Positions 50,887-61,428 are shown, counted from the first letter of the stretch. The stretch is 64,000 nt of DNA from an uncultured Chloroflexia bacterium (GCA_963840375.1 CAWIYR010000003.1:327856-391855); one strand, 5' to 3'. Notes: generated from the letters alone by a model not told the origin. Numbers and translations are program-made.

Positions 50887-51022
50887 CGCCGGCATTGTCC
50901 CATTCCGGAACGGGCTTTGACGTCGTCGATGCTTGCCCGTACGATGCGCGGCACCTGCCGTCGTCCGTGGGGGGAGAGGCAGGGACCGGACGCGCCACAA
51001 CGCCTAGCCCCTGAGGTCGCCG

Positions 51023-52249
51023 TTGACCGCCCCCGTGCCCGGCCACGACTCGCTCGCCCGACCCGTAGTGCCCGGTACGCCCGCAACTGCCGGAGCACCC
51101 CTCGAGGGGATGGCGACCTCGGTCGCCGGACTGACCCCGGACGTCGAGATCCTCGAGGTCACCAAGCGCTTCGGCGACGTCGTCGCGGTCGACCGGATGA
51201 CCCTGCGCATCGCGCGTGGTGAGTTCTACAGCTTCCTCGGGCCATCGGGTTGCGGCAAGACCACCACCCTTCGGATGATCGCCGGGTTCGAGCAGCCGAC
51301 CTCCGGGGAGATCCTCCTCGAGGGGCAGCCGATCGCCGGCGTGCCCCCGTACCGGCGCAACGTCAACACGGTCTTCCAGCACTACGCCCTCTTCCCGCAC
51401 ATGGACGTCGCCCAGAACGTCGGCTACGGCCTCCGCCAGACGAAGGTGAAGCGCGACGAGGAGAAGCGGCGGGTGACCGAGGCCCTCGGCCTCGTCCGCC
51501 TGGCCGGCTACGAGAACCGCCGGACGTGGGAGATGTCGGGCGGCCAGCAGCAGCGCGTCGCCCTCGCCCGGGCGCTCGTCAACCATCCCACGGTGCTCCT
51601 CCTCGACGAACCGCTCGGCGCCCTCGACCTGAAGCTCCGCAAGGAGATGCAGCTCGAGCTCAAGGCCCTCCAGCGGGAGGTGGGGGTCACCTTCGTCTAC
51701 GTCACCCACGACCAGGAAGAGGCCCTGACGATGAGCGACGTGATCGTCGTCATGAGGGACGGGCGGATCCAGCAGCAGGGTGGACCCGTCGAGCTGTACG
51801 AGCGGCCGGTCAACCGGTTCGTCGCCGATTTCATCGGCATCTCCAATCCGATCGAAGGCGTCCTGGAGTCTTCCGACCCGACGACACGCCACGCGGTCGT
51901 CAACGCCGAGAGCGGTCTGCGGCTCGTCGGGTCGATCACCGACCCGGCCGCCTCCCCCGCCCCGGGCGACCGGGTGACGATCGCCATCCGCCCGGAGCGC
52001 TTCCAGATGGTCGCGTCCGACGGTGGCGAGCCGGAACCGGGACCCGGCCGGACGGCCATCAGGGGGCGCATCCGCCAGGGGACGTACCTCGGCGACCAGA
52101 CGGAGTTCCGCGTCGACACCGACGCCGCCGGCGAGGTGGTCGTCCGGCGCCAGAACGCACTCGGAGCGGCGGCCGGCCAGGGCGTGGGGCCCGGCGACCC
52201 GGTCGTCCTGTCGTGGCATGAGGAGGCGAACCTCGTCCTCGTTGGATGA
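51023..52249 (+). CDS. Polyamine ABC transporter ATPase (PotA-like)
   Basis: GPSGCGKTT, YALFPHM, SGGQQQR, TOBE domain; start may be 51110. Confidence 0.92.
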   Translation: MTAPVPGHDSLARPVVPGTPATAGAPLEGMATSVAGLTPDVEILEVTKRFGDVVAVDRMTLRIARGEFYSFLGPSGCGKTTTLRMIAGFEQPTSGEILLEGQPIAGVPPYRRNVNTVFQHYALFPHMDVAQNVGYGLRQTKVKRDEEKRRVTEALGLVRLAGYENRRTWEMSGGQQQRVALARALVNHPTVLLLDEPLGALDLKLRKEMQLELKALQREVGVTFVYVTHDQEEALTMSDVIVVMRDGRIQQQGGPVELYERPVNRFVADFIGISNPIEGVLESSDPTTRHAVVNAESGLRLVGSITDPAASPAPGDRVTIAIRPERFQMVASDGGEPEPGPGRTAIRGRIRQGTYLGDQTEFRVDTDAAGEVVVRRQNALGAAAGQGVGPGDPVVLSWHEEANLVLVG

Positions 52250-52293
52250 GGTCCGAAGGAGATCCGGCGATGGGCCGGAGGAGGAGCACCCAG

Positions 52294-53535
52294 ATGGCAG
52301 ACCAGGATCTCGACGCCCTCCTGAACAGGATCGCTCAGACCAAGGTCAATCGGCGTGGATTCCTGGCGGCGACCGGGCTCACCGCCTCAGCCGCCTTCCT
52401 GGCGGCCTGCGCGAGCGGCGGCGCTTCGGCGACCCCGTCCGCAGCCTCGGCGGCTCCGAGCGCCGCCCCGAGCGACGCCGCATCCGCGGCGCCGTCGGCT
52501 GCGCCATCGGCCGAGGCGGTCTCGCCCTCGCCGGCCGCGGCCGTCGAGAAAGAGCTGTTCATGTACAACTGGAGCGACTACGTCGCCCCGGAGAACATCG
52601 AAGCGTTCAAGAAGGCGTTCGCGGTGGACAAGTTCACCTACGACACGTTCGCCTCGAACGAGGAGATGATGACCAAGCTCCAGGGTGGAGCGAAGGGCCA
52701 GTGGGACATCGCCGCGCCGACCGCGGAGTTCGTCCCGGCGATGCGTGATCAGGGCTTCCTGGCGAAGCTCGAGAAGTCCTGGATCCCGAACCTCCAGTAC
52801 ATCGACCAGGCCTTCAAGGGCCTGTGGTGGGACCCGACCGACGAGTACCAGGTGCCGAAGGACTGGGGCACCACCGGGATCACGGTCCGCACGAAGTACG
52901 TCAAGGAGCCGGTCAAGACCTGGAAGCAGTTCTTCGACGTCGCTCCGAACTACTCGGGCAAGATCGTCGTCGTCGACTCCCCCGGTGACGTGTTCGTGGC
53001 GCCGCTCAAGGCCCTCGGCTACAGCCTGAACTCGGTCGACCCGGCCGAGCTGGAGCAGGCCCGCCAGCTGCTGCTCGGGCTGGCCCCGCACGTCCTGGCC
53101 CTCGACTCGGACCAGTACCAGGAGAAGATCCGGACCGCGGAGGCCGTCCTCGGACTGACCTGGACCGGCGGCGTCCTGGATCTGCGCGACAAGCCGGAGA
53201 CGGCCGACGTCGTCTACCAGATCCCCGAGGACGGAACGCTGTTCTGGATGGACACCTGGGTCATCCTGGCCGATCCGCCGCACCCCAATGCCGCCTATGC
53301 CTGGCTGAACTTCATCCAGGATCCCCAGGTCGCGGCCAAGGAGACCGCGGCGAACGCCTACGCCTCGGCGAACGACGCCTCCAAGCAGTACACCGACGCG
53401 AAATTCCTGAACGATCCGGCGCTCTACCCGCCGGCGGACGTGATGACCAAGCTCGAGGGCGCGAAGGACGTTTCGACGAACCCGCTCCGGACCCAGATCT
53501 GGGAGGAGTTCAAGTCGAAGATCGGCCAGAGCTGA
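52294..53535 (+). CDS. Polyamine ABC substrate-binding Tat lipoprotein (PotD/PotF-like)
   Basis: NRRGFL Tat motif, LAAC lipobox, YNWSDY, SNEEM, PEDG..WMD. Confidence 0.9.
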   Translation: MADQDLDALLNRIAQTKVNRRGFLAATGLTASAAFLAACASGGASATPSAASAAPSAAPSDAASAAPSAAPSAEAVSPSPAAAVEKELFMYNWSDYVAPENIEAFKKAFAVDKFTYDTFASNEEMMTKLQGGAKGQWDIAAPTAEFVPAMRDQGFLAKLEKSWIPNLQYIDQAFKGLWWDPTDEYQVPKDWGTTGITVRTKYVKEPVKTWKQFFDVAPNYSGKIVVVDSPGDVFVAPLKALGYSLNSVDPAELEQARQLLLGLAPHVLALDSDQYQEKIRTAEAVLGLTWTGGVLDLRDKPETADVVYQIPEDGTLFWMDTWVILADPPHPNAAYAWLNFIQDPQVAAKETAANAYASANDASKQYTDAKFLNDPALYPPADVMTKLEGAKDVSTNPLRTQIWEEFKSKIGQS

Positions 53536-53560
53536 CCGGGGCCGGGGCAGGCACCGTCCG

Positions 53561-54466
53561 GTGTCGGTGAGCGCCGCAGCCGCCCACGCCTCGTCCGGGC
53601 GGCTGCGCGCTGCCCGGATCCGGTCGTCCCTCCTGACCACCGTCCTGCTGCTCCCGGCCGGGTTGTGGTACCTGATCCTGCTGGTCCTGCCCCTGGTCAT
53701 CGTCGTCGTCTTCAGCTTCGGCCAGAAGGGCGTCAACGGGGGCTACCAGCCCGGGCTCAGCCTCGACAACTACGGCAAGGCCCTGGGCAATGCCACGCCG
53801 TTCACGACGAGCCTGACCCTCGCCTTCGCCGGCACGATCCTGTGTCTGCTGGCCGCCCTGCCGCTGGCCTATTTCGTCGCCACCCGCGGCGGGCAGCGCA
53901 AGGCCCTGTTCGTCGTGCTGCTCGTCATCCCCTTCTGGACGAGCTTCCTGATCCGGACCTACGCCTGGCTCACGATCCTCGGCCCTGAAGGGCTCGCCGG
54001 GTTCATCGGCGACACCCTGGGGATCCCCGGGTTCCGCATCCTCGGGACACCCGTGGCCGTGCTCATCGGAATCGTCTACGGCTACCTGCCCCTGATGATC
54101 TTCCCGATCTACGTGACGATGGAACGGATGGACCGGACGCTCGTCGAGGCGTCCAAGGACCTCGGGGCCGGCCGCTGGGCCACCTTCCGCCAGATCACCC
54201 TGCCGATCACCCTGCCCGGGCTGGTGACCGGCAGCATCCTCGTCTTCATCCCGCTCATGGGTGAGTACGTCATCCCGGCGATCCTCGGCTATGGCCGCGT
54301 GTTCCTGATCGGGAACCAGCTGGTCCTGCAGTTCCTGGAATCGCGCGACTGGCCGCAGGGCTCGGCGCGGGCGGTCCTGCTCATCCTGATCATGATCGTG
54401 ACGATCACGTTCTACCTGTGGTTCTCCGGCCGCGGTCGGCGGACCCGCGAGGAGAGCCTCCTGTGA
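53561..54466 (+). CDS. Polyamine ABC permease (PotB-like)
   Basis: PFWTSFLIRTYAW, EASKDLGA. Confidence 0.9.
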   Translation: MSVSAAAAHASSGRLRAARIRSSLLTTVLLLPAGLWYLILLVLPLVIVVVFSFGQKGVNGGYQPGLSLDNYGKALGNATPFTTSLTLAFAGTILCLLAALPLAYFVATRGGQRKALFVVLLVIPFWTSFLIRTYAWLTILGPEGLAGFIGDTLGIPGFRILGTPVAVLIGIVYGYLPLMIFPIYVTMERMDRTLVEASKDLGAGRWATFRQITLPITLPGLVTGSILVFIPLMGEYVIPAILGYGRVFLIGNQLVLQFLESRDWPQGSARAVLLILIMIVTITFYLWFSGRGRRTREESLL

Positions 54467-55392
54467 CCGCCCTCGCCGATCGGTCGGTGGCGACGGCGAC
54501 GGCCCGGCCGCGCAAGCCCCCGGCGAAGGACCGGGGCGGCCGGCTGGTCGAGATCTGGTTGCGCGGCCAGACCCTCCTGATCTACCTCTTCCTCTACTTC
54601 CCGATCATCGTCGTGGTCCTGTTCAGCTTCAATGGGACCAACCAGCGGGTTACCGACTGGCAGGGCTTCAGTCTGAAGTGGTACGCCCACGTCCTGGGTG
54701 ACACGGTGATCCTGGGCGCCCTTCAGAACAGCTTCATCGTGGCGATCTCCACCGCCGTGATCGCGACGATCTCGGGCACGATGGCGGCCCTCGGGCTGCA
54801 GCGCGCGCCCCGCTGGTTCCGGGCGCCCTTCGGCGCGCTGACCTACGTCAGCATCATCGTCCCGGAGATCGTCATCGCCCTGGCCACGCTGATCTTCTTC
54901 GCGTCGTCGTTCGACATCCTGAACCCGCTCTTCGGGCTCAAGCTCCGGCTCGGGTTCCCGACGATCATCATGGCCCAGGCCCTGTTCAACATCAGCCTCG
55001 TGATCCTCCTCGTCCAGGCGCGGCTGAACGGGATGGACCGGACCCACGTGGAGGCGAGCTTCGACCTGTACGGGACGCCCTGGCGGACGTTCTGGCAGAT
55101 CACCTTCCCGCAGCTCCTACCCGCCATCGTGGCCGGCTTCCTGCTGTCGTTCACGTTCAGCTTCGACGACTACGTGATCACCACGTTCGTCTCCGGCGCC
55201 GGGACCACGACCCTGCCCCTGTACGTCTTCTCGTCGATCCGGAAGGGGGTCACCCCGGCCACGAACGCGGTGGCGGCCGTCATGCTCCTGATCACCCTTT
55301 CGGTCCTGCTCATCGGGCAGTGGATGGTGAGCCGGAACTCGAAGCGGCGCGGGTCGGGGGTCTCCGTCGCCTCGATGATCACCGAGACATAG
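54463..55392 (+). CDS. Polyamine ABC permease (PotC-like)
   Basis: FLYFP..SFN, FSLKWY, SFDDY, TTLP. Confidence 0.9.
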   Translation: MTALADRSVATATARPRKPPAKDRGGRLVEIWLRGQTLLIYLFLYFPIIVVVLFSFNGTNQRVTDWQGFSLKWYAHVLGDTVILGALQNSFIVAISTAVIATISGTMAALGLQRAPRWFRAPFGALTYVSIIVPEIVIALATLIFFASSFDILNPLFGLKLRLGFPTIIMAQALFNISLVILLVQARLNGMDRTHVEASFDLYGTPWRTFWQITFPQLLPAIVAGFLLSFTFSFDDYVITTFVSGAGTTTLPLYVFSSIRKGVTPATNAVAAVMLLITLSVLLIGQWMVSRNSKRRGSGVSVASMITET

Positions 55393-55405
55393 CCGCCCGG
55401 CGGCC

Positions 55406-56236
55406 TCAGCGGATGCAGGCGATGAGGATGCCTGGAAGACCCGTCCGGGTCGCCAGCTCGAACCGGTAGACGCCGTTCGGCCAGCGCACGCCGCCGGCCA
55501 GCCCGTAGAGCCGGACCGGGTCCGCGCCGGTGGTCGCCGGGGAGCCCCCCTCGACCGGTCCGCCGGCCGCGACGCCTGGACCGGTCGACCCGACTCCGGT
55601 CGACGGGTCCGTCGCGGGTGCCGGGAGCAGCGCGCCGACGCCGGGCACGGCGCCGAGATCCACCGGGACCGCGCGCAGGTCGTCGGGCAGGCCCACGATC
55701 CGGGTCACGACCGCGTCGCGGCCGGCGGGGAAGGCCACGCCGAGCAACCGCACCTCGTCTCCGGGCAGGTCCGCCCCGCCGTCCCGTCCCGGTACCGGAC
55801 GCGCGGCACAGTCGGCCGGACCGCCGGCCGCGGATGTCCCGACCCCGGGTACCGGCCAGACCGCGACCGGCTCCTGGACCAGGACCAGGGGCTCGCGCGA
55901 GACCGGCTCGGCACGGAGGAATGCCACGATGCTCCAGGTCGGCGCGATCCGGGTGGACCACGGGCCAGTCGTCGGGCCGGGCGTCGCCGCGGGCATCGTC
56001 GGCGCGGGCGTGGTTGCCGCGGGGCTCCCATTCGCGACCGCGCCCGCAGGCGCGGAAGGACGTTCCCGGGCGCCCGCCCAGGGCTGCCATGCCAGCACAC
56101 CGAGGAGGGTGGCCAGCGCGACCGTCGCGAGGACCGCGCGTCGGCCGCTCTCCGGCCCGATCGACTGGAGGGGCGTGACGAGGCCCGGGCCACCGGCCGG
56201 TCGCCCTGATCGGTCCGGGGGGTCCGGGTCGCTCAT
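55406..56236 (-). CDS. Hypothetical membrane-anchored Pro-rich protein
   Basis: Fills the gap after ribY; single TM ending WQPW. Confidence 0.55.
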   Translation of the reverse strand: MSDPDPPDRSGRPAGGPGLVTPLQSIGPESGRRAVLATVALATLLGVLAWQPWAGARERPSAPAGAVANGSPAATTPAPTMPAATPGPTTGPWSTRIAPTWSIVAFLRAEPVSREPLVLVQEPVAVWPVPGVGTSAAGGPADCAARPVPGRDGGADLPGDEVRLLGVAFPAGRDAVVTRIVGLPDDLRAVPVDLGAVPGVGALLPAPATDPSTGVGSTGPGVAAGGPVEGGSPATTGADPVRLYGLAGGVRWPNGVYRFELATRTGLPGILIACIR

Positions 56237-56258
56237 CGGGCAGCCACCGGCCGGCCGG

Positions 56259-57365
56259 TCAGCGCACCGGCAGGAGTGAGTCGTCGACGATCTGGTCGGC
56301 GGTCACCGGGTTCGGCACGAGCCCGCCGGGGAGCTTCGAGAGGAAGTCGATCGACGACGTCCAGCCGGCCTTGTCGATCGCCCCGAGCCCCTGCTTGTCG
56401 GTCAGGGCGTTGTGCCAGCCGTCGATCGTGGCCTGGAGGACGGCCAGCTGGGTGTCGCGGTCGGAGGCCAGCTCGGGGACGGCCACGATCGCCGCGTCGA
56501 GGCCCTTCTGGGGGTCGGCGATGATCTCGTCCATCGCCCGGAGGGTGGCCGAGATGAAGAGGGCCACCGCGTCGCGCTTCGTCTCGAGCGTCTTCGTCCC
56601 GGTGATGAGCCCGTTGCCCGGCAGCGGCACGAAGTCGTCGACGTGGAGGACGACCGGATCGAGGCCGGTCGCCTTCTTTAGCTGGATCGGCTCGTTGTTG
56701 GCGAAGCCGGTCGCGGCGTCGACCTGGCCCTGCTCCACGCCGGCCAGCTGGCCGTAGGTCGGGTAGGTCGTCACCTTGATGTCGCTCGTCGTCAGGCCGG
56801 CCGAGCCGAGGAGGGCCTGGAGCATGATCCAGCCCGAGCCGTACTGGCCGGGCGTCCCGATCTTCTTGCCCTTGAGGTCGGCCGCGGTCGTGATCCCGAC
56901 GGTCGGCTTGGCGAAGACGATGTTCGGGAACTTCTCGTAGATCGTCGCCACGTACTTGACGGTGATCCCCTGGCTGACCGCCGGGATGAGGCTCGTCCCG
57001 TCGGCGATGGCCACGTCCACCGCGCCCTGCCCGACAAGGGTGATGAGCTCGGGGTCGATCTTGTTCTCGAAGGTCACGTCCAGCCCGGCGTCGCGGTAGT
57101 AGCCGGCCTGCTGGGCGAGGTAGAACGGGGCGAACTGGACGCTCGGGATGTAGCCCAGCCCCACCGTGAGCTTCGTCAGCACCGCGCTCGCCGACGGAGC
57201 CGCCGATGATCCGGCCGATGCGATGGTCGACGCCGCCGCGGTCGGGGCGGTGGCCCCGGCCGAGATCGAGCCGGACGAGCCCGCCGCACAGGCCGCGAGG
57301 AGGGCGGCCGCGACCAGCAGCAGGGCGAGGGGGAGGGAGCGAGCGAAGCGCGGGGACGAGTCCAC
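56259..57365 (-). CDS. NMT1/THI5-family ABC substrate-binding lipoprotein, riboflavin uptake (RibY-like)
   Basis: LAAC lipobox, GLGYIPSVQFAPFY; directly downstream of an FMN riboswitch. Confidence 0.88.
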   Translation of the reverse strand: MDSSPRFARSLPLALLLVAAALLAACAAGSSGSISAGATAPTAAASTIASAGSSAAPSASAVLTKLTVGLGYIPSVQFAPFYLAQQAGYYRDAGLDVTFENKIDPELITLVGQGAVDVAIADGTSLIPAVSQGITVKYVATIYEKFPNIVFAKPTVGITTAADLKGKKIGTPGQYGSGWIMLQALLGSAGLTTSDIKVTTYPTYGQLAGVEQGQVDAATGFANNEPIQLKKATGLDPVVLHVDDFVPLPGNGLITGTKTLETKRDAVALFISATLRAMDEIIADPQKGLDAAIVAVPELASDRDTQLAVLQATIDGWHNALTDKQGLGAIDKAGWTSSIDFLSKLPGGLVPNPVTADQIVDDSLLPVR

Positions 57366-57452
57366 GAGAGCCTCCAGACGAGCCGATGACCGTGTCGCGG
57401 CCAGCGGGGCGTCGGGAAGTCAGGCCGTCGAGCGCGGACGCCCGTCGACCCG

Positions 57453-57632
57453 GTCTCCTTCCATCCGGACTGTCACCGTCGGCTCCGGCCCGGCCGCGCT
57501 CATCGCGCGTCCGTCGGATCTGCTGACACCCGGCGGACGTCACCTCTGCCGGGCCGCTCGTGGGCTCGCCCGCGGACTCTCGCCCGTCGGGCCCTACCAC
57601 CGGTCGGGTATCGCACCCTGCCCCGAAGACCA
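57453..57632 (-). ncRNA. FMN riboswitch (RFN element) with expanded P3 and P5
   Basis: TCTTCGGGGCAGGGTGCGATACCCGACCGGTGGT...AGCCCACGA...GCCGACGGTGACAGTCCGGATGGAAGGAGA; TGCTACGAT extended -10 just upstream. Confidence 0.9.
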
Positions 57633-57741
57633 GCCCCGATCGTAGCACGGCTCGTGCGCTCGACCCCCCGAAGCGCGACGTCACCGAGCGCGACGATGGC
57701 GCCGCCGGGCGTCCCCGATCTCGACCCCGGCGCTGAACGCC

Positions 57742-58401
57742 TTACGGCAGGACGGCGATGATCTTGCCGGCCTCCGACTCGCTCGGCGCGCCCACGAAGA
57801 TGACGGCGTCGCCCTTGAAATACGCGTACTGGAGCGAATCCGAGGTCGGGTCGACGTAGACGTCCTTGCCACCGAGCGACTTGACCTCGTACTTGGTGCC
57901 CTGCTTGGCGGCCTCGGCCAGGAAAGCGGCCTTGAGGGCGCCGCCGTCGGCCCCCTTGATCCGGAAGATGCCGGCCGTGCAGTCGCCGGCCGCGGTGAGC
58001 GGGGCGGCGATCGCGAAGGAGACGTCCGAGGGCGTCTTGCCGAGAGACTGGAGGACCGCCACGAACTCGGGATCGGCTCCGGTCGCGAACGTCTCGCCGC
58101 CCATGCTCAGCTTCTGGACCTTCTTGCCGCAGATGGTGTCCGGGAGGAGCGCCTCGAGGGCCTTGTCGGTGCTCGGGAAGGCGAAGCTGGGGATGGGGAT
58201 GCTCGACGGGGCCTCGCTGGCGGGCGCCTCGCTCGGAGCGGCCGCGCTGGCGGCCGGGGTGACGGAGCTCGTCGGTGCCTCGGAGACCGCGGCAGCGGTC
58301 GAGGCGCCGGCGCTCGCGGTCGCTCCGCTGGAGCCACTACAACCTGCGAGCGCGAGCACTGCGATGGCCAGCGCCGCTGGCCCGCTGATCCGGTATCGCA
58401 T
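57742..58401 (-). CDS. Hypothetical lipoprotein with Ala/Ser linker
   Basis: LAGC lipobox, SD GGAGG. Confidence 0.75.
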   Translation of the reverse strand: MRYRISGPAALAIAVLALAGCSGSSGATASAGASTAAAVSEAPTSSVTPAASAAAPSEAPASEAPSSIPIPSFAFPSTDKALEALLPDTICGKKVQKLSMGGETFATGADPEFVAVLQSLGKTPSDVSFAIAAPLTAAGDCTAGIFRIKGADGGALKAAFLAEAAKQGTKYEVKSLGGKDVYVDPTSDSLQYAYFKGDAVIFVGAPSESEAGKIIAVLP

Positions 58402-58509
58402 CGGGATCCCTCCACTCCTGTACGGCCGGCGATGCCTGGCCGAGGCACGCAGGATAGCCCCATCGTGTCGTTCGATCTGCGGCCGATCACCAGCGGCCGG
58501 ATCCGCCCG

Positions 58510-59358
58510 TCAGCCGCGGTCGCCCACGAGGCGTCGCTCGATGAGGACGGTCAGGCCGTAGAAGGCGACGCCGAGCAGGGCCGTGGTCAGCAGCGTCGCG
58601 AACATGAGCGGGATGTCGAACAGGCTGCCCCGCGAGAGGTTGATGAGATAGCCGAGCCCGCGGTCCGCGCCGGCCCACTCGCCGATGATCGCCCCGACCG
58701 TGGCCAGGGTCACCCCCACCCGGATCCCGCCCATGATCGACGGCAGGGCGGCGGGCACCTCGAGGGTGACGAGGACCTGGCGCCTTGTCGCCCGCAGGCT
58801 GCGGGCCAGCTCCATCAGCCCGGCGTCCACGTTGCGCAAGCCGACCATGGTCGAGACCGCGACCGGGAAGAAGACGATCAGGGCGCAGATGATGACGACC
58901 GTCAGGAGCCCGCTCCCGAACCACAGGGCGAAGAGCGGGGCGAGGGCGAGGATCGGCGTGGACTGGGCGGCCACGAGATAGGGAGAAAGCACGAGGTTCG
59001 CCACCCGCGAACGCGCCAGGACATAGCCGGCGACGAGCCCGCCGGCGACCCCGACCACGAAGCCGAGGACGATCTCCTGGAGCGTCGCCAGGACGTGCGG
59101 CCCCATCGTCCCCTCGGTCCAGGCCTTGACGAAGCGGCTGAAGACGGTCGGCGGATCGGGCAGGATGAACGGCTTGTAGCCGCCGATCAGGACCACCAGC
59201 TCCCAGGCGAGGAGGAAGAGGATCCCGCCGGCGAGGATGGCGAGGATCCTGCCGAGCCGACCGGGACGACTGGAACGACGACCGCCCTCCGGCGGTGACG
59301 GCGGCGTCGGTGCGGGAGCCGACGCCGCGCTCGGTGCCGGGTTCGTCGGCCCGGTCAT
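58510..59358 (-). CDS. NitT/TauT-family ABC permease (RibX-like)
   Basis: LPDP..V, FFPV, VPAALP, GEW.GADRGLG. Confidence 0.88.
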   Translation of the reverse strand: MTGPTNPAPSAASAPAPTPPSPPEGGRRSSRPGRLGRILAILAGGILFLLAWELVVLIGGYKPFILPDPPTVFSRFVKAWTEGTMGPHVLATLQEIVLGFVVGVAGGLVAGYVLARSRVANLVLSPYLVAAQSTPILALAPLFALWFGSGLLTVVIICALIVFFPVAVSTMVGLRNVDAGLMELARSLRATRRQVLVTLEVPAALPSIMGGIRVGVTLATVGAIIGEWAGADRGLGYLINLSRGSLFDIPLMFATLLTTALLGVAFYGLTVLIERRLVGDRG

Positions 59359-60167
59359 CGGCGCGGACCCGCCATGACCGCGGCCGGATCCGGGTCCGGG
59401 TCGCCCAGCTGACCGAGGGCCGAGCGGATCTTCGCGGCGGCCGCGGCCAGGGCCGGCGAGCCGAGGTCCTCGAGCCGGCGCGGTCGCCCCAGCGGCGACG
59501 GGACGACGGTCACGATCCGGCCCGGTCGGCGCGACAGGACGACGGTCCGATCCGAGAGGAGGACCGCCTCGGGGATGCTGTGGGTGACGATGACAACGGT
59601 CGTCTCGGTCCGCTCCCAGAGCCGGAGCAGCTCGATGTCGAAGCGCTCCCGGGTCAGGGCGTCGAGGGCGCTGAACGGCTCGTCGAGGAGGAGGACTGAC
59701 GGGTCGAGCGCCAGCGCCCGGGCGAGTGCCACCCGCTGGCGCATCCCACCCGAAAGGTGATGCGGCCGAGCCCCGGCGAACCCGTCGAGACCCACCAGCT
59801 TGAGCAGCTCGTGGCCGCGCGTCTCGCGCGCCTCGCGGGCCCGTCCGGCGAGCTCCATCGGGTAGGCCACGTTGTCGAGGCTGTCCCGCCAGGGCAGCAG
59901 CCGTGGCTCCTGGAAGACGAAGCCGACGGCGGGGTCCGGGCCGGCCACCGGGCGGCCCTCGACCTCGACGGTTCCGGCGTCGGCACCGAGCAGCCCGCCG
60001 ACGATCCGCAGGAGCGTGCTCTTGCCGCTGCCGTTCGGGCCGATGACCGCGACGACCTCGCGCCGGCCGACCTCGAGGTCGAGGCCGTCGAGCACGACGA
60101 GGGGCTCGCCGCCGGCCGTGGCGAACGTCCGGCGGACGCCGGACAGACGGATCGCCGGCGACGTCAC
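59355..60167 (-). CDS. NitT/TauT-family ABC ATPase
   Basis: GPNGSGKST, LSGGMRQR, DEPFSALD, THS. Confidence 0.9.
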   Translation of the reverse strand: MTSPAIRLSGVRRTFATAGGEPLVVLDGLDLEVGRREVVAVIGPNGSGKSTLLRIVGGLLGADAGTVEVEGRPVAGPDPAVGFVFQEPRLLPWRDSLDNVAYPMELAGRAREARETRGHELLKLVGLDGFAGARPHHLSGGMRQRVALARALALDPSVLLLDEPFSALDALTRERFDIELLRLWERTETTVVIVTHSIPEAVLLSDRTVVLSRRPGRIVTVVPSPLGRPRRLEDLGSPALAAAAAKIRSALGQLGDPDPDPAAVMAGPRR

Positions 60168-60201
60168 CGGACGACGCTGGAGTCGGCCGACCGGACCTCG
60201 G

Positions 60202-61428
60202 TCAACTCGCGGCGGCGACCGGCTCGGGCGCCGGGAGCCCGGCCTCTGATGCGAGCATGGCGGCCTTGTCGGTCCGCTCCCAGGGAAGGTCGAGGTCGGG
60301 TCGGCCGAAGTGACCGTACGACGCGGTCTGCCGGTAGATCGGTCGACGCAGGTCGAGGGCCGAGATGATGCTCGCCGGGCGGAGGTCGAAGTGGCGCTCG
60401 ATGAGCGCCTGGATCGCCTCGTCGGGGATCCGACCGGTCCCGAACGACTCGACCGTCAGGCTGATCGGGTGGGCGATCCCGATGCCGTAGGCGACCTCCA
60501 CCTCGAACCGGTCGGCAAGACCGGCGGCCACCACGTTCTTGGCCACCCAGCGCGCGGCGTAGGCCGCCGAGCGGTCGACCTTCGTCGGATCCTTGCCGCT
60601 GAACGCGCCGCCGCCGTGACGGGCCATCCCGCCGTAGCTGTCGACGATGATCTTCCGGCCGGTGAGGCCGGCGTCGCCCATCGGCCCGCCGGTCACGAAG
60701 CGGCCCGTCGGGTTGACGTGCATGATCGGATCGATCGCTCGCAGCTCGTGGGGGATCGAGGGCAGGATGACTGTCTCGGCGATGTCGGCCCGGATCCGCT
60801 CGGTGCGGACATCCGGATCGTGCTGGGTCGAGACGACGACCGTCCGGACGCGCTTCGGGACACCGGACTCATACTCGACGGTCACCTGGGTCTTGCCATC
60901 CGGCCGGAGGTAGGGCAGCTGGCCGTTCTTGCGGACCTCGGCCAGGCGGCGGGCCATCCGGTGGGCGAGGGCGATCGGCAGCGGCATGAGCTCGGGCGTC
61001 TCGCGGCAGGCGAACCCGAACATCATCCCCTGGTCGCCGGCCCCGAGCTCGTGGACGGGCGCCGCGTCATCGCGGACCTCGAGCGCCTCGTCGACGCCCA
61101 TCGCGATGTCCGGCGACTGCTCCTTGACGCTCACCAGCGTCCCGCAGGTCAGGTAGTCGAAACCGTAGTCGGCCTTCGTGTAGCCGATCTCACGGACGGT
61201 GTCGCGGACGACCGCCTGGAAGTCGATGTACGTGCTCGTCGTGATCTCGCCGAGGACCATGACCAGGCCGGTGGTGGTGGCGGTCTCGCAGGCGACCCGC
61301 GCGTCGGGATCGTCGGTGATGATCGCGTCCAGGATCGCGTCGCTGATCTGGTCGCACATCTTGTCCGGGTGACCCTCGGTCACCGACTCCGACGTGAACA
61401 GGTAGTGGGCCGCGTCGACGATGCTCAT
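60202..61428 (-). CDS. metK: S-adenosylmethionine synthetase
   Basis: [28 protein letters not shown]. Confidence 0.96.
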   Translation of the reverse strand: MSIVDAAHYLFTSESVTEGHPDKMCDQISDAILDAIITDDPDARVACETATTTGLVMVLGEITTSTYIDFQAVVRDTVREIGYTKADYGFDYLTCGTLVSVKEQSPDIAMGVDEALEVRDDAAPVHELGAGDQGMMFGFACRETPELMPLPIALAHRMARRLAEVRKNGQLPYLRPDGKTQVTVEYESGVPKRVRTVVVSTQHDPDVRTERIRADIAETVILPSIPHELRAIDPIMHVNPTGRFVTGGPMGDAGLTGRKIIVDSYGGMARHGGGAFSGKDPTKVDRSAAYAARWVAKNVVAAGLADRFEVEVAYGIGIAHPISLTVESFGTGRIPDEAIQALIERHFDLRPASIISALDLRRPIYRQTASYGHFGRPDLDLPWERTDKAAMLASEAGLPAPEPVAAAS

